This document shows positions 28,563 through 37,546 of a DNA stretch of 64,000 nucleotides, in pieces. The DNA is from Rhizobiaceae bacterium. GTDB taxonomy: Bacteria > Pseudomonadota > Alphaproteobacteria > Rhizobiales > Rhizobiaceae. The notes under the pieces were generated by a model. That model did no database searches, had not been told where the DNA came from, and saw only the letters and a program-made list of their open reading frames with translations. The position numbers were made by a program, and so were the translations under genes. The stretch lies in contig JANQKQ010000067.1 of assembly GCA_028281105.1 (NCBI GenBank), forward strand, positions 3,200 to 67,199, written 5' to 3'. The first letter of the stretch is position 1, and every line of letters starts with the position of its first letter.

Positions 28563-28601
28563 CTGTCAATAAATAAATCACTATGATTTAATAATTGACA
28601 G
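28563..28601. promoter_or_regulatory. AT-rich nested palindrome in the frcB/ROK-regulator divergent region (candidate operator)
   Basis: CTGTCAAT-aaat-AAATCA-cta-TGATTT-aata-ATTGACAG. The outer 8-bp and inner 6-bp arms are perfectly complementary. Confidence 0.5.
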
Positions 28602-28753
28602 TGGGCACGAGGCGGATCACAATCCGCCCCCGCCACCCGCTCTGCGCAACGAATGCGGTGCTGACTGATTGTCCGGTTTGTGCGAGGGTCGGGCCCGCGG
28701 ACGCGACGTAGGCCAACCCGCCGAATGGCCGCAAAACCATCAAGGAGAGGGGA

Positions 28754-29980
28754 TTGTCCCAAGGCGATCCGATCGAAAGCCTCGAGGAGATGCTGCCGCA
28801 TACCGCCCATCGCGGTTCCAATCAAAGCGGCATGCGGGCCTTCAACGAACGTCTGGTGCTGACCCTGCTGCGCCGGCATGGCCGGTTGTCGAAATCGGAG
28901 ATCGCGCGCGTGACCGGCCTTTCGGCGCAGACCGTATCGGTGATCATGCGCCAACTCGAGCAGGAGCACCTGTTGATCCGCGGAGAGCCGGTTCGCGGCA
29001 AGGTCGGCCAACCCTCGGTGCCCATGTCGCTTAATCCCGAAGGCGCCTTCTTTCTCGGCCTGAAGATCGGGCGGCGCAGCTGCGAACTGGTTTGCACGGA
29101 CTTCCTGGGTTCGGCCGTCTCGCACCAGCATCACGCCTATCCGTTTCCGATGCCGGGCGCGGTGATCGAGTTTGCCCGCGAGGCGGTGGGCCAGGTCAGC
29201 CGCAAACTGGGCGGCAAATCAGGACGCATTGCCGGACTGGGCATCGCCATGCCGTTCGAATTGTGGAACTGGAGCGAAGAGGTCGGCGCGCCTGCCGAGC
29301 AGATGGACGCCTGGCGCGATTTCGACATCCGCCAGACCATCGGAGAGTTCTGTGACTGGCCGATCTACCTGCACAACGATGCCACCGCGGCCTGCGGCGC
29401 GGAACTGGTTTTCGGCAAGCATGGCCATCTGCAGGATTTCATCTACTTCTACATCGGCACCTTCGCCGGCGGCGGCATCGTGCTCAACGGCAGCCTGTAT
29501 GCCGGTCGTTCGGGCAATGCGGGCGCGCTGGGATCGATGCCCGTCCCCGGCCCGAACGGCACCACCATGCAGTTGATCGATCAGGCTTCGCTGGTGATGC
29601 TGGAGCGGCAACTGGTGGCCAAGGGCATCGATCCTTCGCCACTATGGCTTGCCGACGGCGACTGGGCGGGCCTGGACGGGGAAGTGGCGTCGTGGCTGGC
29701 GGTCGCGGCGCGCGGGCTGGCGCACGCGATCATCGCCGCGGCAACGATCATCGATTTCCAGGCGGCGCTGATCGATGGCGGGTTTCCGACCTCGGTGAGG
29801 CGCGAACTGGTGCGCAAGACCGGTGAAGAGATGGGCCGGCTTGACCTTCAGGGCATCGACGCGCCTGTCCTGGAAGAAGGATCGATCGGACCGATCGCGC
29901 GCGCGCTGGGCGGCGCCAGCCTGCCTCTGTTCGACCGGCATCTGATCGACCAGAATACGTTGATGCGGGCGTCTGTGTGA
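28754..29980 (+). CDS. ROK-family transcriptional regulator
   Basis: N-terminal wHTH (NERLVLTLLRRHGRLSKSEIARVTGLSAQTVSVIMRQLEQEHLL) plus a ROK sugar-kinase-like domain. TTG 28754 behind AAGGAGAGG, or ATG 28790. Confidence 0.85.
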   Translation: MSQGDPIESLEEMLPHTAHRGSNQSGMRAFNERLVLTLLRRHGRLSKSEIARVTGLSAQTVSVIMRQLEQEHLLIRGEPVRGKVGQPSVPMSLNPEGAFFLGLKIGRRSCELVCTDFLGSAVSHQHHAYPFPMPGAVIEFAREAVGQVSRKLGGKSGRIAGLGIAMPFELWNWSEEVGAPAEQMDAWRDFDIRQTIGEFCDWPIYLHNDATAACGAELVFGKHGHLQDFIYFYIGTFAGGGIVLNGSLYAGRSGNAGALGSMPVPGPNGTTMQLIDQASLVMLERQLVAKGIDPSPLWLADGDWAGLDGEVASWLAVAARGLAHAIIAAATIIDFQAALIDGGFPTSVRRELVRKTGEEMGRLDLQGIDAPVLEEGSIGPIARALGGASLPLFDRHLIDQNTLMRASV

Positions 29981-29988
29981 AGACAATG

Positions 29989-30074
29989 ATCGGCTCCGGC
30001 CCACTCCCCCTCCCCGCCATCCCCTCGAGGATACTGCCGTGGGTAGCTGGGAGGGGGAGTGGGCCGGAGCCGAT
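29989..30074. repeat. Perfect 26-bp inverted repeat with 34-nt spacer (REP/RIME-like intergenic hairpin element)
   Basis: ATCGGCTCCGGCCCACTCCCCCTCCC (29989-30014) is the exact reverse complement of GGGAGGGGGAGTGGGCCGGAGCCGAT (30049-30074). Confidence 0.7.
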
Positions 30075-30101
30075 AACAAAAAGAGAAAGACCCCACAAAC
30101 C

Positions 30102-31019
30102 ATGATCCTTTGTTGCGGCGAAGCGCTGATCGACATGCTGCCCCGGGATATTGACGGCGGCACGGCCTATCTGCCGGCGGTTGGCGGGGCGGTCTTCAAC
30201 ACCGCAATCGCGTTGGGAAGGCTGGGCGAGGAAACGGGTTTCTTCTCGGGGCTGTCGAGCGATCTGTTCGGCCGGCAACTCGCCGCCGCGCTGGCGCAGG
30301 CGAATGTGGACCACTTGCTCTCGGTTCGTTCGACCCGGCCGACCACGCTCGCCTTCGTCGCGCTCACGAACGGCCAGGCTGAATATACCTTCTATGACGA
30401 AAACAGCGCCGGGCGGATGATCACGCGTGATGAATTGCCAGATGTTCCACCAATCGATGCGGCGCATTTCGGCGCGATCAGCCTGATCGGCGAGCCGTGC
30501 GGCGACGCCTACGAGGCGCTGGCGATGCGGCTGAAAGACGATTGCGTGATCTCGCTCGACCCCAACATTCGCCCGGGCTTCGTCACCGACGAGGCGGCCT
30601 ACCGCGCGCGGCTGGAGCGACTCGTCGCCATTGCCGACATCATCAAGGTCTCCGATGAAGACATGGCCTGGCTGGCGCCCGGTCGCGCATTCGCGGACAG
30701 CGCGGCGCAATGGCTGGCGCAAAGCGCCAAGCTGGTAATGCTGACGCGCGGAGGCGAGGGCGCGACGGCGATCAACCGTGCCGGCGAGATTTCGGTTCCC
30801 GCCGTGCCGACCCAGATCGCCGACACGGTGGGCGCGGGCGATGCCTTCAACGCCGGCCTGCTGGCGGGACTGCGCCGCGCCGGCCTTCTGGGCAAAGACC
30901 GACTGGCATCAAGCCAGCCAGAGGTGTTGCGCCCGGCGCTGGAATTGGCGGCCAGGGTCGCCGCGATCACCGTGGCGCGGCCGGGCGCCGATCCGCCCTG
31001 GGCGCACGAGATCGAATAG
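30102..31019 (+). CDS. frk: PfkB-family carbohydrate kinase, probable fructokinase
   Basis: MILCCGEALIDMLP...GGAVFNTAIALGRLG ... DTVGAGDAFNAGLL are PfkB signatures. Start ATG 30102 inside ORF 30039..31019. Confidence 0.85.
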   Translation: MILCCGEALIDMLPRDIDGGTAYLPAVGGAVFNTAIALGRLGEETGFFSGLSSDLFGRQLAAALAQANVDHLLSVRSTRPTTLAFVALTNGQAEYTFYDENSAGRMITRDELPDVPPIDAAHFGAISLIGEPCGDAYEALAMRLKDDCVISLDPNIRPGFVTDEAAYRARLERLVAIADIIKVSDEDMAWLAPGRAFADSAAQWLAQSAKLVMLTRGGEGATAINRAGEISVPAVPTQIADTVGAGDAFNAGLLAGLRRAGLLGKDRLASSQPEVLRPALELAARVAAITVARPGADPPWAHEIE

Positions 31020-31026
31020 GCGGCCG

Positions 31027-31896
31027 ATGGCGCGCAACTTCCTCAGCCAGCTGACCGGCTCGTTCGCCATGCCGGCGGCTGAGAACCCGACCGTCGCCAT
31101 GGTCGAAGCAGCCTACCGTCATCACGGCCTCGACTGGCGCTACATCAATTGCAAGGTATCGCCGGACCGGCTGGGCGACGCGGTCATCGGCGCCAGGGCG
31201 ATGGGCTGGGCCGGCTTCAACTGCTCGCTGCCGCACAAGGTGGCGGTGATCGAACATCTGGACGGACTTGGGGAATCGGCTTCGATCATCGGCGCGGTCA
31301 ACACCGTGGTGCGCCGCGACGACCAGCTCATCGGCGAGAACACCGACGGCAAGGGCTTTGTCGAGGCGATCGGCGAGATGACCGACCCGGGCGGGAAAAC
31401 AGCGCTGGTCTTCGGCGCCGGCGGTGCGGCGCGGGCGATCTGTGTGGAACTGGCGCTGGTCGGCGTCGCCCACATCGCGATCGCCAACCGGGATGAGGCG
31501 CGTGGCGGCGAACTGGCCCGGCTGGTGGCCAACGAGACGCCCGCGCAGACGAGCTACCTCGCCTGGCGAAGCACGCTCGCGGTGCCAGCGGACACCGATT
31601 TCGTCATCAACGCTACCTCCGTCGGCCTGTTTCCCGATGTCGATGCACGGCTCGACGTGGAGGTGGATTCGCTGCAACCGCATATGCTGGTGGTCGACTG
31701 CATCCCCAATCCGCCGATGACCCGCCTGCTGCGCGACGCGCGCGAACGCAGCTGCGCCATTCTCGACGGGCTGGGAATGCTGGTCAATCAGGGTGCGATC
31801 GCAATTCGGCACTGGACCGGCATCGAAGCGGACCGCGCTATCATGCGCCGGGCGGTGGAAGATGTGCTGCTGGACGGGCGAAAATCCTCGTGCTAA
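31027..31896 (+). CDS. Shikimate/quinate dehydrogenase family protein
   Basis: ATG 31027 inside ORF 30778..31896. GFNCSLPHK, GAVNTV, NTDGKGF and GAGGAARA are AroE-family motifs. Confidence 0.8.
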   Translation: MARNFLSQLTGSFAMPAAENPTVAMVEAAYRHHGLDWRYINCKVSPDRLGDAVIGARAMGWAGFNCSLPHKVAVIEHLDGLGESASIIGAVNTVVRRDDQLIGENTDGKGFVEAIGEMTDPGGKTALVFGAGGAARAICVELALVGVAHIAIANRDEARGGELARLVANETPAQTSYLAWRSTLAVPADTDFVINATSVGLFPDVDARLDVEVDSLQPHMLVVDCIPNPPMTRLLRDARERSCAILDGLGMLVNQGAIAIRHWTGIEADRAIMRRAVEDVLLDGRKSSC

Positions 31897-32068
31897 GGGG
31901 CGCGTTCCAATTCTGCGAAACGGGCTCCATCCCATGATGCCTGCGACCACTTTGCGACGACGAGCAAACGAGCGCGCAACCCGCGCCGCCGATCCGTCGT
32001 TGCCGGTCATTCGCTAGCGTTTTCACCCGGCAGCGCCCTTATCCCCACAGCCCTGCCGGAGTGAAACG

Positions 32069-32578
32069 ATGAAAACCAGCACGCTCGAAATCTCCCCCGA
32101 ACTGTTGTCGCAAGCGCAGGCGGTCGAGCAACTGGCCGCGGCCGCGTTTGGCCCGGGCCGGTTCGCGCGCACCGCGTTTCGCCTGCGCGAAGGGGTGCCG
32201 CACGAGTCGGCGCTGTCGTTCGTCGCGGCGAAGGCGGGTGAATTGGTTGGCGCGGTTCGGGTGACCGGCATCCGCATCGGCGGTGAGCCCGCGCTGGTTC
32301 TGGGGCCCCTGGTGGTCGCCCCCGACCACAAGAACGAGGGGATCGGCTCGGCGCTGATGCGGCGCGCGGTCGACGCGGCGCGCAAGCACGGGCACCAGCT
32401 GATGATCCTGGTAGGCGATCATCCCTACTATCGGCCGTTCGGCTTCGAGATCGTCCCGTGTGGTCGCATCACCCTGCCCGGACCGGTCGATCCGGAGCGG
32501 CTGCTCTACGTCGAGCTGGAGGCCGGCTGCCTGTCCCGGTTCGCCGGTCAGGCGACGCGACAAATGCCTAGCGCGTGA
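32069..32578 (+). CDS. GNAT-family N-acetyltransferase
   Basis: LVVAPDHKNEGIGSALMRRAVDAARKHGHQLMILVG is the acetyl-CoA-binding motif A. Confidence 0.8.
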   Translation: MKTSTLEISPELLSQAQAVEQLAAAAFGPGRFARTAFRLREGVPHESALSFVAAKAGELVGAVRVTGIRIGGEPALVLGPLVVAPDHKNEGIGSALMRRAVDAARKHGHQLMILVGDHPYYRPFGFEIVPCGRITLPGPVDPERLLYVELEAGCLSRFAGQATRQMPSA

Positions 32579-34166
32579 CGATTTCCGGACCCATGACCAT
32601 GGTGGGCACAGCGGTGGAGATCCACGGCACGTAGGTCACCAGGATCAGGAAGACGAACAGGATCGCCAGCCACGGCGCGGCGGCGCGCACCACGCGCATC
32701 ATCGGCATGCCGGCGACCCCGGATGTGACGAACAGGTTGAGCCCGACCGGCGGCGTGATCATGCCGATCTCCATGTTGACCACCATGATGATGCCCAGAT
32801 GAATGGGATCGATGCCCAACTCGATGGCGATCGGGAACACCAGGGGCGCCACGATCACCAGCAGGCCGGACGGTTCCATGAACTGGCCGCCGATCAGCAG
32901 GATCACGTTGACGACGATCAGGAAGAACCACCAGGACAGGCCGGCGTCGAGCATGGCGCCGGCGATCTGCTGCGGGATCTGTTCGTCGGTTAGCACGTGT
33001 TTCAAGATCAGCGCGTTGGCGATGATGAACATTAACGCGATGGTCAGCTTGCCCGCCTCGAACAGGGTGTCGCGGGTGTCGCGGTGGACGACCGCCTCGG
33101 GCAGGTAGCGCGCGGTCTGCCAGGCGGCGCGACCCATGACCGGAACCCCCGAGGCGACGGCTGCGAACAGATTGCCGCCTTCGCGCCAGAAGCCGTAGGC
33201 GAGTGAGGCCACCAGGCCGATGGCGATCGCCACCCACAGGTAGTTCGGACTGTCGGACAGGCCGGCGAAGAAGCCGATGATCAGCGCCAGAACGGCCGCC
33301 GTCGTGCCATAGATGACGATGAAATAGCCGTTGCGCGCGGCACGGCTGGTCTCATCGGTGATCAGCGGCGTTTCCTTCAGCGGCCCCATGTCACGATAGA
33401 TCATGGTGGCGGCCAGGAACGCATAGACGGAGGCGACGGCGGCAGCTTCCGTCGGCGTGAACACGCCGCCATAGATGCCGCCCAGGATGATGACGATCAG
33501 GAACAGGCCCCAGAACGCGTCGCGGGCCGAACCCAGCACCTCGCGCCAGCCGGCCCACTCGCCCTTGGGCAGATTGCGCCAGCGCGCCGCCACATAGATG
33601 CCGATCATCAGCATGCCGCCGGCGATCAGGCCGGGCACGATGCCGGCCAGGAACATGCGGCCCACCGAGACCTCGACGGCGGCGGCGTAGACCACCATGA
33701 CGATCGACGGCGGAATCAGAATGCCCAGCGTACCGGCGTTGCAGATCACGCCGGCGGCGAAGTCCTTGGTGTAGCCGACCTGGCGCATGCCGGCGATCAC
33801 GATGGTGCCGATGGCAACCACGGTGGCCGGCGAGGAACCGGAAAGGGCGGCGAACAGCATGCAGGCGAACACCCCGGCGATCGCCAGCCCGCCGTGGAAA
33901 TGGCCGACCACGGCGATGGAGAAGCGGATAATGCGCTTGGCCACTCCGCCCGTGGACATGAACGACGAAGCGAGAATGAAGAACGGGATGGCGAGCAGGG
34001 TGAAATGGCCCGCCATCGCCTCGAACAGGGTCTGTGCCACCGAGGCGAGCGAACTTTCCGACGCCGACAGCAGGAACAGGATCGAACTCAGGCCCAGCGC
34101 CACGGCGATCGGAACGCCGAGCAACAGGAGCCCGATGATCAGGGCAAAGAGGATCGCGACTTCCAT
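32568..34166 (-). CDS. dctM: TRAP transporter large permease (DctM), unusually long
   Basis: 532-aa polytopic protein with DctM-like N- and C-terminal halves. Follows dctQ and dctP. Confidence 0.9.
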   Translation of the reverse strand: MEVAILFALIIGLLLLGVPIAVALGLSSILFLLSASESSLASVAQTLFEAMAGHFTLLAIPFFILASSFMSTGGVAKRIIRFSIAVVGHFHGGLAIAGVFACMLFAALSGSSPATVVAIGTIVIAGMRQVGYTKDFAAGVICNAGTLGILIPPSIVMVVYAAAVEVSVGRMFLAGIVPGLIAGGMLMIGIYVAARWRNLPKGEWAGWREVLGSARDAFWGLFLIVIILGGIYGGVFTPTEAAAVASVYAFLAATMIYRDMGPLKETPLITDETSRAARNGYFIVIYGTTAAVLALIIGFFAGLSDSPNYLWVAIAIGLVASLAYGFWREGGNLFAAVASGVPVMGRAAWQTARYLPEAVVHRDTRDTLFEAGKLTIALMFIIANALILKHVLTDEQIPQQIAGAMLDAGLSWWFFLIVVNVILLIGGQFMEPSGLLVIVAPLVFPIAIELGIDPIHLGIIMVVNMEIGMITPPVGLNLFVTSGVAGMPMMRVVRAAAPWLAILFVFLILVTYVPWISTAVPTMVMGPEIVTR

Positions 34167-34172
34167 GGCCCG

Positions 34173-34850
34173 TCAGTCCTTCGGTGCAGCCGCGGCCGCT
34201 TCCTCGACCGCGTCCTCGGCTTCGTGGCTGACGATGATCAGATCGCGCCGGCCGTTCCAGACCGCGACGCCGGCCTGGACGAAGCGGAACAGCAGCAGCG
34301 CCATGCCGATCGGCAGCATGATGTACGGCACCAGTCGCGGCATCTTCTCGTAGGGTTCGCCTTCGTTGAACCAGACCGACAGGAACTGCAGCATCTGCGG
34401 CATCTCCACATCCTCGGTCTCGTACCAGCCCTTTGCCAGGAAATCGCTCTCAAACCCGGTGGGGAACCAGCGGCCGGTGGTGCCCGGCAGATTGGCGAAG
34501 TTGGCCCAGAAATCCCAGCCGCCCTTGAGCAGCAGGAATGCATAGGCGATGGAACAGGCCACCGCGAACAACGTGAACGCCAACCGGGTGGGTGCAGCTA
34601 GCAGGTTGACGATCGCATCAACGCCGAGATGGGCGTTGATCTTCACGCAGTAGCTCACGCCCAGCAATATCAGCCAGGCGAACAGAATGGAGGTTACCTC
34701 CAGTGCCCACAGGATGTTGGAGTTGAAGCCGTAGCGCGCCACCACGTTGGCGAAGGTGACCAGCGTCATCAGGCCTAGGATGATCGCGATCAACGTCTCC
34801 TCGAACTTATCGGTCGAGGAAGGCTGCGCTTGATGCTCGGCTGAAGACAT
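34173..34850 (-). CDS. dctQ: TRAP transporter small permease (DctQ)
   Basis: 225-aa membrane protein between dctP and dctM. Confidence 0.85.
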   Translation of the reverse strand: MSSAEHQAQPSSTDKFEETLIAIILGLMTLVTFANVVARYGFNSNILWALEVTSILFAWLILLGVSYCVKINAHLGVDAIVNLLAAPTRLAFTLFAVACSIAYAFLLLKGGWDFWANFANLPGTTGRWFPTGFESDFLAKGWYETEDVEMPQMLQFLSVWFNEGEPYEKMPRLVPYIMLPIGMALLLFRFVQAGVAVWNGRRDLIIVSHEAEDAVEEAAAAAPKD

Positions 34851-34900
34851 GGATCGGTTCGCTTCCCCCCGGAGGAACTCGATTAGGAACTCGATACCGA

Positions 34901-34929
34901 CGCCGCCCGGGACAGGAGCCCGGGCGGCG
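34901..34929 (-). terminator. Intercistronic hairpin after dctP
   Basis: CGCCGCCCGGG-acaggag-CCCGGGCGGCG, an 11-bp perfect stem 12 nt downstream of the dctP stop. Confidence 0.4.
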
Positions 34930-34940
34930 CCGTTGATGCA

Positions 34941-35945
34941 TTACTGCATCATGTTGAACTTCTGGGCGGCGGCGATGTTGTCGGCGCCCACGTCGTCCTC
35001 GAACTGATCCCAAACCGGCTTCATCGCGTCGACCCACGCGGCCCGCTGTTCGGGCGTCAGGGTGCGCACCACGCCGCCGGCGTCGATCACCGACTGCTTG
35101 GCCTGGGCGTTGACCTGGGTCGACTCGGCGTTGCGCGTTGCGGTCACCTCGTCGATGATGGTCGAGAGCTGGCTACGCACGTCGTCGGGTAGCCCGTCCC
35201 AGAACTTGGTGGAGGTCACCACCAGATAGTCGATGATGCCGTGATTGGTCTCGGTCACGCCGTCCTGAACCTCGAAGAACTTCTTGCCGTAGATGTTCGA
35301 CCAGGTGTTCTCCTGGCCGTCGACAACGCCGGTCTGCAGCGCGCCGTAGACTTCGGAGAACGCCATCTTCTGCGGGTTGGCGCCGAGCGCCTCCATCTGC
35401 GCGACCAGCACGTCGGAGGGCTGGACCCGGAACTTCAAGTCGGCAGCGTCACTGGGTTCCAGCAGAGGCTTGGAAGCCGAGAACTGCTTCATGCCGTTGT
35501 GCCAGAACGCCAGGCCCTTGAGCCCGCGATTGACCATGGAATCCTTCATCGCCTGGCCGACTTCCGAATTCTGGAAGGCGTCGACCGCGTTGATGTCGGC
35601 GAACATGAATGGCAGGTCGAAGATGCGGAACTTCTTGGTGAACTTCTCGAACTTCGACAGGCTGGGCGCGGCCATCTGAACGTCGCCGTTCAGCATCGCC
35701 TCAAGCACCTTGTTGTCGTTATAGAGGCTGGAGTTGGGGAACACCTCCATGCAAGCCTTGCCGTTCATTTCCTCGTTGACCCGCTTTTCCAGCAGCGAGG
35801 CGGCGATGCCCTTGGGGTGTTTGTCGGTATTGGTGACGTGGCTGAACTTGATGACGATCTCGCCGTCATCGCACGCCGCCGAAGCAGCGCCCGACGCCAG
35901 CGCGGTCATCGCAGCGGCAGCCATCAGGGTTTTGAAGATGCGCAT
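34941..35945 (-). CDS. dctP: TRAP transporter substrate-binding protein (DctP, C4-dicarboxylate type)
   Basis: ATG 35945 behind GGGAGGGAAAG. Signal peptide MRIFKTLMAAAAMTALASGAASA. IKFSHVTNTDKHPKG and DLPFMF are DctP motifs. Confidence 0.9.
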   Translation of the reverse strand: MRIFKTLMAAAAMTALASGAASAACDDGEIVIKFSHVTNTDKHPKGIAASLLEKRVNEEMNGKACMEVFPNSSLYNDNKVLEAMLNGDVQMAAPSLSKFEKFTKKFRIFDLPFMFADINAVDAFQNSEVGQAMKDSMVNRGLKGLAFWHNGMKQFSASKPLLEPSDAADLKFRVQPSDVLVAQMEALGANPQKMAFSEVYGALQTGVVDGQENTWSNIYGKKFFEVQDGVTETNHGIIDYLVVTSTKFWDGLPDDVRSQLSTIIDEVTATRNAESTQVNAQAKQSVIDAGGVVRTLTPEQRAAWVDAMKPVWDQFEDDVGADNIAAAQKFNMMQ

Positions 35946-36196
35946 GGTTCTTTCCCTCCCATACATGATGCGTGGCGACGCGCCTTGTTCAGCCGCGCTT
36001 GGCGGTCTGCGCGTCATACGACCTCACGCAATAGACCAACCGAACCGCGAAACAATGCGCCCGACGCGGAACCCTCCTCATGAACCCGTGAAAATTTCGT
36101 GGGATGGGTGGATAGCGAACCATCGGGGTGCAAACCGTGTGGGGTAATCCACCCATGATGGCCCGTGCCGGCTGGACCGGCGGTCCGGCCATCGTG

Positions 36197-37546
36197 CTAT
36201 TCACCCTCCGTCGGGACGAAATCTTCGCGGTTGAGACGGTATTTCTGCATCTTCTCATAAAGGGTCTTACGCGACAAGCCGAGCGCTTCGTAGGTGAGTT
36301 TCAGGTTGCCGCCCCGGGAGGTCAGCTCCGCGGCGATGGCATCTCTTTCGAAGTCGGCCACACGCTGCGCAAGCGTCTCTTGCGCTCCGCCGGGCTCAAC
36401 GCTCCTGCCTTCATCGCCAAGTCCCAGAACATGTCGTTCGGCGGCATTGCGCAGTTCGCGCACATTGCCGGGCCATTCGCGCGCCGCCACTCGCGACAGC
36501 ACAGCGCCGGGTATTTGCGGCGGTTCACGGCGATATCGCGATGCCGCCTCCAGGGCGAGCTGGGTGAACAGGCGGGGGATGTCTTCGCGGCGCGCCTCGA
36601 TCGACGGCATGTGCACGGTCACGACGTTGAGGCGGTAGAGCAGGTCGGGCCGGAACTTGCCAAGCGCCGCCTGCTCTTCCAGATCGGACTTGCTGGCCGC
36701 GATAAAACGTACATCCAGCTCGACCGGATCGTTCGATCCCAGCCTGGTGACGGTGCGATCCTGAATGACCCGGAGAAGCTTGACCTGAAGCTCGGCGGGC
36801 ATGCTTTCGATCTCATCGAGGAAGATGGTGCCGCCGCGGGCGTGTTCGAACTTGCCGTAGCGCGCACGAACCGCGCCGGGAAACGCGCCCGCCTCGTGGC
36901 CGAACAGTTCGCTCTCGATCAAGTCGGGGGGCAGCGCGCCACAGTTGATGGCGACGAACGGTTTGTCCGCGCGGGCGCTCTCGCCGTGCATAGCACGTGC
37001 GGCCACTTCCTTGCCGGTGCCGGTCTCGCCGGTGATCAGCACGTCGGCGTCGGTCGCGGCAATCGCACGGATCTGTTTGCGAATTTCGACCATCACCGGA
37101 GCACGGCCGATCAGTCGCGCTTCAAGCCGGTCACGCCCGCCGGCGGCCGAGCGCAGTTGGCGCACCTCCAGGGTCAGCCGGCGCTTTTCAACCGCGCGGG
37201 CCACCACTTCGACCAGGTGGCTGGAGGCGAACGGCTTTTCGATGAAGTCGTACGCCCCCCGGCGCATCGCCTCGACGGCGAGCTGGACGTCCCCGTGCCC
37301 GGTGATGAGCACGACGGGCAGCTCGGGGTCGATCTCCAGCAGCCGGTCCATCAGCGCCATTCCGTCTATTCCGGGCATGCGGATGTCGGTGATGACGACC
37401 CCGTCGAAACCGCGATTGATCAGATCGGGGATGAGCAGAGGGTCGTCGAACAGCTCCACATCGAACTCGGCCAGTTCCAACGCCTGGCGGGCGGCGAGGC
37501 GGATGTGCTCCTCATCGTCGACGAAAATGATGCGTCCGACGCTCAC
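36197..37546 (-). CDS. dctD: Sigma-54-dependent response regulator (DctD/NtrC family)
   Basis: Receiver domain (IIFVDDE...ITDIRMPGIDG), AAA+ sigma-54 activator domain (GETGTGKE, GAFPGA), C-terminal Fis-type HTH. Confidence 0.9.
   Translation of the reverse strand: MSVGRIIFVDDEEHIRLAARQALELAEFDVELFDDPLLIPDLINRGFDGVVITDIRMPGIDGMALMDRLLEIDPELPVVLITGHGDVQLAVEAMRRGAYDFIEKPFASSHLVEVVARAVEKRRLTLEVRQLRSAAGGRDRLEARLIGRAPVMVEIRKQIRAIAATDADVLITGETGTGKEVAARAMHGESARADKPFVAINCGALPPDLIESELFGHEAGAFPGAVRARYGKFEHARGGTIFLDEIESMPAELQVKLLRVIQDRTVTRLGSNDPVELDVRFIAASKSDLEEQAALGKFRPDLLYRLNVVTVHMPSIEARREDIPRLFTQLALEAASRYRREPPQIPGAVLSRVAAREWPGNVRELRNAAERHVLGLGDEGRSVEPGGAQETLAQRVADFERDAIAAELTSRGGNLKLTYEALGLSRKTLYEKMQKYRLNREDFVPTEGE

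Noticed and set aside
30039-30101. N-terminal extension of the fructokinase ORF (MGSWEGEWAGADNKKRK...)
   Set aside because: It is encoded by the right arm of the 26-bp inverted repeat. The PfkB consensus N-terminus starts at ATG 30102.
36028-36042. Sigma-54 promoter upstream of dctP, expected because DctD is an NtrC-type activator
   Set aside because: The best candidate on the gene strand is CGGTTG-GTCTA-TTGCG. It has the GG-N10-GC spacing and TTGC, but a poor -24 element (no TGGCAC). Other TTGCA or GGCAC fragments in 35946-36196 lack the partner element. Too weak to annotate without a scoring matrix.
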